Virus record (IMG/VR): IMGVR_UViG_3300013426_000025
Span: 41,702-105,701 of that record
Reading direction: 5' to 3' (one strand)
Source: a virus
Lineage: Duplodnaviria > Caudoviricetes
Length of the DNA stretch: 64,000 nt
Each line of letters starts with the position of its first letter. Position 1 is the stretch's first letter. Made by a program: the position numbers and the translations under genes. The notes below the pieces were generated by a model. It saw nothing but the letters and a program-made list of their open reading frames with translations. It was not told the origin of the DNA and ran no database searches. Shown one piece after another: positions 40,460 to 47,894 of this stretch.

Positions 40460-42814
40460 TTACTTACTCTTCTTTGATATTGTTTTAACTTTATCTTTAT
40501 TCTTTCCTTTTGATAATTCATACAGAACATTATTTCTATGCAAACTATTGTTTTGATTTCTCAAGATAAAATTAACATAATCTTGAGTTTCTTTAGGAAA
40601 AGCATTTAGCCAATCCCAACCATTATATATATCAACACCTTTACCTTTTGCTTTATTTAGAGTACTCAATGTATTACCTGGACCATAATTATAAGCAGCC
40701 AATGCTTTAGCAACTCTTATACTATCATTCTGTCCTTCTTTATTAACCCAAGGTCTATTCATCAAATTCTCTTGTAAATACCAGTTTCTTACATCAGTAT
40801 TAATAGCATCATCATAAAGTTGTGAAGCATCATAAGTAGTACCATTAACCCTATTAAAATCATCAAGTACTGCTGGAACTATTTGAAACATGCCTCTTGC
40901 ATCAGCCCTACTTGTTTTATCAGAAATAAATCCACTTTCAGCATAGGCTTGTCTATTAGCAAGTTCACCCATGTCTATAAGGTCAGTCTTATTATTTATT
41001 TCATCATTAAGACCAAACAGATTTCTAATAAAACCCCCCAAATCATACCTTACAGATGGTATAGGTTTATAACTAAAAGGTTTTGATGTTAGGTTTTGAA
41101 GATAGCCTCCATTGGCATACCCTTGCTCTAATGTTTTACGTGCTAAATCTACTACATTATCTGTCACGCCTAATTTTTCTAAAGATTTAAATCTGAAGCT
41201 CAAAAATTCTCTCAGTAGGTCTTCTTGGTGTTTATTCCATAATGTTGGGTATTCTGGAATATCATATTCATATAATATATTACGTATTTCAGAATTTAAT
41301 TCAGCGGGACTCCCTTCCCAAAAAGACATGGCGGCCCTATTGTACTCAGGAAACAATTTGCCAAATTCTGATGTTGGATTTACAACATTATAATAATAAG
41401 GCTCTCCTTTTGAAAAATCTATATATTTGTGTGGAATTTCCCAACCAAAATATCTTGGAAGCGCGAATTGTACAGCATGTTGTGTTTCATGTTTCATTGT
41501 TCCTGCTACACTTTGCATTTGTCCTACCGGACTTTGATTTTTATTTAGATGTAAAGGGCGAACTATATTGGGTTGACCATAATCTCTTAGTCTTAATTCT
41601 ATAAGAGGTTTATCAGAATCAAACGCCCCAATTTCACCTTCCTTGGCTTTAGTTTTTATATTTACAGGTAAATAATTAATATACCAATCAGTATTCCGAA
41701 TGTCATTAGCATTAGAATAATTTAGTACTAATCCATTTCCTTTCTTCCAATCAAGTTTTGCTTGTTCTGCTATTTTTCTACTTTCTTGAATATAATCCCT
41801 CATATTTTTTCTACTCATAAAAGGAACATATCTTCCCTCAATTATGGCATCTATAACCTGCATTGGATTATCAGCATTTATAAAATCTTTTCCCAATGTC
41901 TTAATGGTTTTAGCATATTGAGATACAGGTTTTATTAGATTATAAGTGCCTAACATATCAAATATGTCTCCAACCCCAGATATAACACTTCTACCATATT
42001 TACCCTCTTGTGCCAATTTGTATGTTTTTTGTACTCCATTATCAGATAATAAATTTCTTGCACCGTCTATAGTAAATAAAGCATCCAATGTTTTTGAAAC
42101 TTTTGGATATGCAAGCCTAACCATGTTATCAAGACTTGCTATTTCAGATAAAGATTGTAGTGCAATGGGCACTCCTAAAGTAGTCATCATTGGTAATGCT
42201 ATTGCTCCACCAACAACATTACCTAATTTGTCATATCCTGTACCTGTGCTTTGTCTGGCCTGATAATCATTATAAGTAACCCTATTACCAGTATTACTAT
42301 CCTTAATGTAACGTATATTCTTAGGTTTTGCAGCAGTAACGGTCACTTCTGGTAATGATGTTTCGTACTGCATATTATTAGAGATCTTGTTCAATGCGTA
42401 ATTTGCAGCATTACTACCCTTAAATCCTAATACTTCTGCTTCTTGCAGTGCTTTATTATATTGAGAAGTTGTATATTCCGTATCAACCTTTAAGGTATGT
42501 AACTTTGAGTCACTTTCGGTACCCTCATGTTTATGTGCCCATTTCTTTGCATTAAGAGCAAAAGTAGCCATCTTCTTTTGAGCAGGTGTACCATGTTCTT
42601 TATACCAAGTTGATGACTTACCTGTTCTTTCTTTAAGTTCTGTAAACTTACCTCTATTCTCAGGCTTTATATTTATACTACCTCCACCGGCATAAACATT
42701 AAAGGAGTCCCTGACCATACTCAGGTCTGAGACTCCATTATCCAATGCCAGTTTTATGTATTTTGCTTTTTCATGCATTGAGAGTTCATCCCAATGTGTT
42801 TTTTGTCTATCCAT
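40460..42814 (-). CDS. Modular virion cargo protein with C-terminal lytic transglycosylase (SLT) domain
   Basis: YAESG, ARGMFQIVP, ALAAYNYGPG and ETQDYV SLT motifs; central HETQH; N-terminal IKPENRGKFT..KKMATFALNAKKW segment. Confidence 0.75.
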   Translation of the reverse strand: MDRQKTHWDELSMHEKAKYIKLALDNGVSDLSMVRDSFNVYAGGGSINIKPENRGKFTELKERTGKSSTWYKEHGTPAQKKMATFALNAKKWAHKHEGTESDSKLHTLKVDTEYTTSQYNKALQEAEVLGFKGSNAANYALNKISNNMQYETSLPEVTVTAAKPKNIRYIKDSNTGNRVTYNDYQARQSTGTGYDKLGNVVGGAIALPMMTTLGVPIALQSLSEIASLDNMVRLAYPKVSKTLDALFTIDGARNLLSDNGVQKTYKLAQEGKYGRSVISGVGDIFDMLGTYNLIKPVSQYAKTIKTLGKDFINADNPMQVIDAIIEGRYVPFMSRKNMRDYIQESRKIAEQAKLDWKKGNGLVLNYSNANDIRNTDWYINYLPVNIKTKAKEGEIGAFDSDKPLIELRLRDYGQPNIVRPLHLNKNQSPVGQMQSVAGTMKHETQHAVQFALPRYFGWEIPHKYIDFSKGEPYYYNVVNPTSEFGKLFPEYNRAAMSFWEGSPAELNSEIRNILYEYDIPEYPTLWNKHQEDLLREFLSFRFKSLEKLGVTDNVVDLARKTLEQGYANGGYLQNLTSKPFSYKPIPSVRYDLGGFIRNLFGLNDEINNKTDLIDMGELANRQAYAESGFISDKTSRADARGMFQIVPAVLDDFNRVNGTTYDASQLYDDAINTDVRNWYLQENLMNRPWVNKEGQNDSIRVAKALAAYNYGPGNTLSTLNKAKGKGVDIYNGWDWLNAFPKETQDYVNFILRNQNNSLHRNNVLYELSKGKNKDKVKTISKKSK

Positions 42815-43026
42815 AATCCTAACTTTCTTAATATTCTATTTCTCTTTTCTTTATCCTTAAAGTACCCCACATACTTACCTTTAGGTTCCTCTAAATTATT
42901 TGCTGCATGATACTTATTACTTACAGGTAATGGTTTTATTCTTGTATACTCATACTTCCTATCATACTCTATAGAAGTACAACAATAACCATCTCCTTCA
43001 ATCAATTTAATCCTGTATCTTATCAT
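42754..43026 (-). CDS. Hypothetical protein
   Basis: 90 aa ORF packed in the operon. Confidence 0.45.
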   Translation of the reverse strand: MIRYRIKLIEGDGYCCTSIEYDRKYEYTRIKPLPVSNKYHAANNLEEPKGKYVGYFKDKEKRNRILRKLGLWIDKKHIGMNSQCMKKQNT

Positions 43027-43348
43027 ATAATCCTTGTTTTAAAAGTAATGCAAATCCTCTACCTAATGTTTCTACTAATGGTTCGTTACCATTCTCTTCA
43101 ATAAACTGAAATGTACATAAAATAGCATGTACAAATTCATGTAGTACTATAGTTTGAATTTCAAAATCTGGCATATCTTCACCCTTCTCATTCACTAAAG
43201 AAACAATAATATCTTTAGTACTACCATTATGCCAACCATCACAAAATTCATTAGGGTCATTATCTATCTTATCTCTTGTAAAGTGTACCTTATATACACT
43301 ACCAAAGACTTCAATTTCAAAATCTTTCCATTCTCTTTTCTTCTCCAT
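43007..43348 (-). CDS. Zincin-like metalloprotease
   Basis: IVLHEFVHAIL (HExxH) with a downstream NEPLVE Glu. Confidence 0.7.
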   Translation of the reverse strand: MEKKREWKDFEIEVFGSVYKVHFTRDKIDNDPNEFCDGWHNGSTKDIIVSLVNEKGEDMPDFEIQTIVLHEFVHAILCTFQFIEENGNEPLVETLGRGFALLLKQGLYDKIQD

Positions 43349-43369
43349 ATCTTATATTTTTACTTACTT

Positions 43370-43800
43370 CACATTTTGACACAGTAATGTGCTATGATGA
43401 GAGTATATCTAAAAGATTAAAACTAAGTTATCAAGTATTACTTTACAACTTAAATCATCAAATAACTTTATTCAATATCCTTTATTGAAGTTTTGATATA
43501 GTAATCCCTTAGAGTGGAACCCTAACTTATTGCAAATCAATGAGTTGTGTTTCACTCTCACCTTGCCATCACTGGTAGGTCTATCTATAAATCTTGAATA
43601 GTGGCGGTTAATACTTCCCTAAAGACTCTTTACCCTCAACCCTTTCTCAGACTAATTGGTGAGTCACACTATTCTTGTATCTATAGACTGTTTTGACAGA
43701 GGGTTGATAACTAAAGTGCCCTCTTAAGGCCTCATTCTTTTACCTATTAAGTAGTGATAAGGCGATATACTGACTTAGTCATATCAGTAGTCTATTCATT
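43370..43800 (-). ncRNA. Candidate large structured ncRNA A
   Basis: No ORF of 60 aa or more; starts just after promoter 43811-43841; many stems (ATAGACT/AGTCTAT, GCCTTAT/ATGAGGC, GAATAGTG/CACTATTC, TCAACCCT/AGGGTTGA, AGAGTG/CACTCT). Confidence 0.5.
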
Positions 43801-43810
43801 AAAAACTATG

Positions 43811-43841
43811 CAAAGATAGTAAAAATATTTGATATATGCAA
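43811..43841 (-). promoter_or_regulatory. Bacteroidota-type promoter
   Basis: ttgc-atatatcaaatatttttac-tatctttg. Confidence 0.8.
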
Positions 43842-43879
43842 GTACTAATGTAAAATACTTAACAATTTTAATATAGTAA

Positions 43880-44170
43880 AGGTAAGACTAAATTTAAATC
43901 AGGGCTCTAGTATGTAGGGATTGCTCCCTACATACTTAAACAATTTGATGGTTAAAGCATCAATAAGACACCGCTTCCATTACCCCTTAGCCTTTCACCC
44001 TTAGCTGGGAGGTGTTTTACATGTCCTCACATACACTTTTTACATGGTCCAACATGGGTCTGTCCTCTTTTCCTTGATAATTGTTCTCAGGGTTCTTATT
44101 CCCACTTTCCCCTTTAATGCAGGTAAATGTTTAGCCCACAGGTTGCTCTCTTTTCCTTGATATAATCTCA
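43880..44170 (-). ncRNA. Candidate structured ncRNA B with internal direct repeat
   Basis: Follows promoter 44174-44204; TATCAAGGAAAAGAG occurs twice; ends in a perfect hairpin agtatgtaggga-gcaa-tccctacatact; no ORF. Confidence 0.45.
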
Positions 44171-44173
44171 GTG

Positions 44174-44204
44174 CAAAGGTAATATATTTATCTGATATAT
44201 ACAA
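44174..44204 (-). promoter_or_regulatory. Bacteroidota-type promoter (outermost late promoter)
   Basis: ttgt-atatatcagataaatatat-tacctttg. Confidence 0.75.
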
Positions 44205-44330
44205 TAGAAATAATAAAATTGTAATAGGTACAAAAAATTTTTTTTATTTTATTTTTTTTGAAATTTTTTTATATTTATGAAAGTTGGAGAATTTTTTCTA
44301 TATTTATAAAAGCGAGGGATAATCCCCCTA

Positions 44331-44655
44331 CACACCACCCCTTCCATATTTTGATGGGTCTATTCCCCCCATTTGTACTATTATGAAATGTGATGCTGGT
44401 GACCATTGTGTTATCTGTGCATTTCAAGATAGTTGTCCATTGTATGATGAGTATATAGACTACCGTCTTGAAATGTACAATGAAAGTGTGTCAGATGCTT
44501 ATTAGTGTCTGACATACTTTAATCAATAAATCTCCACACCACTTCTCCTATATTTTGATGTGGTTATATTGTGTAGTATAAATAATGTAGCACTTACATT
44601 GTGTGTTACATTATCTAATCAATAAATCTCCACACCACTTTGGTTATATTTTGAT
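44331..44655 (+). repeat. Three direct repeats CACACCAC-N7-ATATTTTGAT
   Basis: Copies at about 44331-44355, 44521-44559 and 44617-44655; the last two share AATCAATAAATCTCCACACCACTT. Confidence 0.8.
44383..44505 (+). CDS. 40-aa Cys-rich microprotein
   Basis: MKCDAGDHCVICAFQDSCPLYDEYIDYRLEMYNESVSDAY*; lies after repeat 1 and ends in a hairpin; below the ORF-track cutoff. Confidence 0.45.
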   Translation: MKCDAGDHCVICAFQDSCPLYDEYIDYRLEMYNESVSDAY

Positions 44656-44741
44656 ATTAGGATTTTGTGGAATTTACCCAGTCACAAAGTCTATTATAAC
44701 AATTGGGTACATGCTACTATAATAGAGAGTAGTGAATTACT

Positions 44742-45056
44742 ATGGCTGCAACAAACATTAAAGAGCAGTGGTCATTGCGAGAGTGGTGCAGAATGTACGG
44801 TACCACATTTACCAGAGCACCATTCACTAACAAAGAAACAGGAGAGAAATTCAACTCACTTGTCTGGAGCCACAATGGTGGTCTTATCTTTGTTAATTTC
44901 TCTCAAAATCTTGGTGAGTTGAATAACAAGGAAATGAGAGAATTGAAGGAGCAACTGTCTGTCTACCAAGTAGTTAAGGAGTCTGGTGAAATGGGATTTT
45001 CACTTGGCAAAACAGGCTCCATTAACGGCACAGAAGAGTCTCTGGACTTTGACTAA
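44742..45056 (+). CDS. Early hypothetical protein
   Basis: 104 aa, FTNKETGEKFNSL..VNFSQNLGEL; first long ORF after the repeats; followed by a terminator. Confidence 0.7.
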   Translation: MAATNIKEQWSLREWCRMYGTTFTRAPFTNKETGEKFNSLVWSHNGGLIFVNFSQNLGELNNKEMRELKEQLSVYQVVKESGEMGFSLGKTGSINGTEESLDFD

Positions 45057-45072
45057 TCTCTCCAAGAATCAA

Positions 45073-45115
45073 ACTATCTATCCATACAATTTGTGTGGGT
45101 AGATAGTACTTTTAT
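45073..45115 (+). terminator. Intrinsic terminator
   Basis: actatctatccatac-aattt-gtgtgggtagatagt followed by actttt. Confidence 0.6.
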
Positions 45116-45736
45116 TCAGTAAACCATTGTATTTATCCTTGTGGTGCAGGCTAACCATTACAATGATTTACTGATTTTAACAATAAGTGTTCATAGGGCA
45201 AGCACTTTCAAAACAACCTATGCTGGATTCCGCTAGTGTGCTAGGACCTTTAACAGTGGGGAACCTGTGGTTAAACTGTTACTTAAACCAAGTCTCATAA
45301 AGTTAGTGGAGAGACTCTTTTGCTAGTTATGCTGTATAAACTAGTGAGGTCATTAGACCAAATGTCATATAGCAGTGACATCATGCAGTGAAGAGACTAG
45401 GCTGCATTTTAACACTCCTTGCAACGAGTCTTGTGGAGTATAAATCAGGAAAGACACGTATCTATTATTAATTTCTTTTAATAGTTTTCTTTGTAGATAG
45501 ACCAAACTGAGTCATTCTCAGCATGAATATTTAAAGTAAAACTATTACTTATATAGAATAAGTTAAAACACGATAGGGTCATTGTAAGTTCGACTCTTAC
45601 AACCTCTTAGAGATATATAATAGTTCTAGACACCATTATATATTGCTCAGATGAGTAAAGTGGATGACGGTTCGTCACTTATTCTATTCTTTACTTATAA
45701 GGGATTGGTTTCCCTTATAGGTTCTAAGTAAATAAT

Positions 45737-45997
45737 ATGATGTTTAACTTACAAGGTGATACTTTGGAAATAATACTTCCACAAGGTCACACTATGTCAG
45801 AATTGAACACCATGGCTAAAGCAGAGTTATCTGCATTGATTAAAGAAGGTCAATTCTTCGGAAAAGACATCAAAATCAATGGTAAATGTACTACTGCAAT
45901 GGCTATTCTTTTAGGGCATGAACTTGCACATGTATGTAAGAGTGTAAGTATCTTTGACCCTAAAGAGAATACCTATGTCATGTGTGTACAACATTGA
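45737..45997 (+). CDS. csx3: Csx3/Crn3 ring nuclease-like protein (candidate anti-CRISPR)
   Basis: GKDIKINGK..LLGHELAHVCKSVSIFDPK..YVMCVQH matches the Csx3 pattern (G-x-v-isG...aHxxxH...vavyDP[RK]...vvvxsH) as I recall it. Confidence 0.6.
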   Translation: MMFNLQGDTLEIILPQGHTMSELNTMAKAELSALIKEGQFFGKDIKINGKCTTAMAILLGHELAHVCKSVSIFDPKENTYVMCVQH

Positions 45998-46082
45998 TAT
46001 AGCACTGAGCAAGACTCGGAGTAACTATACTTGGCAACAGAAAATAGTTTTTTATTATTAACAACTAAACAACAATACAATT

Positions 46083-46433
46083 ATGAAAACAACAATATTC
46101 GTAGTAAATGAGTATTTTAATGATGTAAATACTCAGATTGCCTTCACTGATAAGGAGGAAGCAAAAAAATATATCAAAGAAAGACAAAAATTCTTTGATG
46201 AAATAGATATGCTGTACAGAGAACATGACAGTCTGTCTTTTGTACTTCCTGTATTATCTATTATCGAAATGCCACTACATGGTATTGAGATTATCAGAAA
46301 GGCTGCTATAGAAGATTATCTTAATTGCAGAAAAATGTGGGAGGATTATTTAGCAAGTAACATTGAAGATGATGAATTTGTTGATAATCTCAACAACGAT
46401 TTAGATGAACTTCTAAATAATAAGAACTCCTAA
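46083..46433 (+). CDS. Early hypothetical protein
   Basis: 116 aa, A-rich leader. Confidence 0.65.
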   Translation: MKTTIFVVNEYFNDVNTQIAFTDKEEAKKYIKERQKFFDEIDMLYREHDSLSFVLPVLSIIEMPLHGIEIIRKAAIEDYLNCRKMWEDYLASNIEDDEFVDNLNNDLDELLNNKNS

Positions 46434-46486
46434 GCAAGAGTATAAACTGCTTATTTTTAATTATTAACTAATAAAACAATACAACA

Positions 46487-46708
46487 ATGAAACAGGGAAA
46501 AACAGTGCTCGGAGACACTATAATCCTCCGTAAAGAACAAGTACTGATAGTAGGTGAAAATCATTTTCAAACCTATTCGTTTCCTAACAATGAACTCGCT
46601 AAAGAGTTCTATAATAGAAAATGTATGCACCCTAAAAGAGGTAGAAAACCTAATAGGGTAAGAGAATGTGCTGTTGTTTATTATAATCAATTAATCATAC
46701 AATTATGA
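46487..46708 (+). CDS. Early hypothetical protein
   Basis: 73 aa, A-rich leader. Confidence 0.55.
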   Translation: MKQGKTVLGDTIILRKEQVLIVGENHFQTYSFPNNELAKEFYNRKCMHPKRGRKPNRVRECAVVYYNQLIIQL

Positions 46709-46896
46709 TAATCAACAATTATCTCAATAAAAGAACAAATTGTCTTCGCACTCTTTCAATAGAGTGTGAGGACAATAATATTGATATTGACCTTATAATA
46801 AAACATAAGGGATTTGAGAAATTGAATACATTAAACTTGAATAAAATAGAAGCAAAGAGTTTGATGTATTCTTTAATGGAGATTTTTGACCAATGA
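46705..46896 (+). CDS. Early hypothetical protein
   Basis: 63 aa, ATGA-coupled. Confidence 0.55.
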   Translation: MIINNYLNKRTNCLRTLSIECEDNNIDIDLIIKHKGFEKLNTLNLNKIEAKSLMYSLMEIFDQ

Positions 46897-47123
46897 ATAA
46901 ACCAATGAATAAACTTAAATTAGTATATAGTGCCATAGCATTTTATGGCACTATATTATTATTTTTTATGTGGCTATTATGTGTAGCACCTATTTTAGAT
47001 GTGGGTGATACATATTTAGCACTCATACTGACAATATCATTACTTATATGTGTCTTCATTAATATAAAAATATATGATGAAGATACATACAATAAAATAC
47101 TACCAAAATGGTTCAATAAATAA
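46893..47123 (+). CDS. Small two-TM membrane protein
   Basis: 76 aa, two hydrophobic helices, ATGA-coupled. Confidence 0.6.
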   Translation: MNKPMNKLKLVYSAIAFYGTILLFFMWLLCVAPILDVGDTYLALILTISLLICVFINIKIYDEDTYNKILPKWFNK

Positions 47124-47211
47124 GCGATTGAATTTTTGTTAGTTTGTTAGACATAATTTTTATTTTAGTGGTTATTCAACTATAAGAATCTGTGACAGAC
47201 CTTATAGTTAT

Positions 47212-47283
47212 GCTCCTATAGTTCAATGGACAGAACAACATCCTTCTAAGATGAAAATCTTGGTTCGATTCCAAGTAGGGGTA
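47212..47283 (+). tRNA. tRNA-Arg(TCT), second copy
   Basis: GCTCCTATAGTTCAATGGACAGAACA-ACATC-CTTCTAA-GATGA..GGTTCGATTCC..TAGGGGTA. Confidence 0.8.
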
Positions 47284-47472
47284 CAATGTATTTTTCATGT
47301 TTTTTGTTGTTTTATTTGTTAATTATTTACTTGTAATCTAATCTATACCTACAATCTTAACTCAAAAGCACAAGGTTGCTAAATAGTCTCTGTTTATATA
47401 TTAGTTTTTTGATTAGCGTTCCTATTATATATTCAAACTATTTAGCATTATCCTTAATAGATTAGATGAACA

Positions 47473-47521
47473 GACAGTACTATGGTTAGTATAATAAAGG
47501 TTCGATTCCTTTATACTGTCC
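47473..47521 (+). ncRNA. tRNA-like minihelix (acceptor stem and T arm only)
   Basis: GACAGTA/TACTGTC 7-bp stem stacked on TAAAGG-TTCGATT-CCTTTA; only 15 nt replace the D and anticodon arms. Confidence 0.5.
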
Positions 47522-47778
47522 TTTTAGTGGTTTATGTTGGTTAATATGAAAAACATTATTTAGACTTATGTGGGAATAACATTAACACACCCGATTGATA
47601 GAGAGTTGTATAAGAATTTATATGTATTGTCTATAAAAGTGTAATGTAGGTCATTAATGATTCACCTTTAATAATAAAAATATAAGGTAAAGAGAAAACT
47701 TAATCAACTTTCATTACTTTATAAAGTATATTATGCTATGAATCATAATAGTACAAGAGTGATTACTTGTACTATTCT

Positions 47779-47864
47779 ACCTCTGTGTTGGAATCAGAAG
47801 ACAAGCAAGTCTTAAAAACTTGTGGTCAGAATTGACCGTGTGGGTGCAAGTCCCATCAGAGGTA
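47779..47864 (+). tRNA. tRNA-Leu(TAA), class II, non-canonical D/T loops
   Basis: ACCTCTG/CAGAGGT acceptor stem, CAAGT-CTTAAAA-ACTTG anticodon arm, long variable arm, T loop TGCAAGT. Confidence 0.7.
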
Positions 47865-47894
47865 CAAATTATTAACTTATTAAATAATAAAAGT

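Noticed and set aside
43970-44130. RNase P RNA or tmRNA resemblance (GGGTGAAAGG, GGGGAAAGT)
   Set aside because: The GAGGAAAGUCC and terminal P4 consensus are absent, and there are no tRNA-like ends or tag ORF
44331-44655. Direct repeats as a mini CRISPR array
   Set aside because: Only three imperfect copies, with unequal and long spacing (about 200 and 95 nt), and not palindromic
44665-44922. 85-aa ORF overlapping 44742-45056
   Set aside because: Alternative frame with a GTG start; the 104-aa frame has the better start and ends at the terminator
40249-47283. Possible amber-suppressor tRNAs (CTA within CTTCTAA loops) and stop-codon recoding
   Set aside because: The 7-nt loops centre on TCT (Arg), and long genes read intact in the standard code, so there is no sign of TAG/TGA recoding
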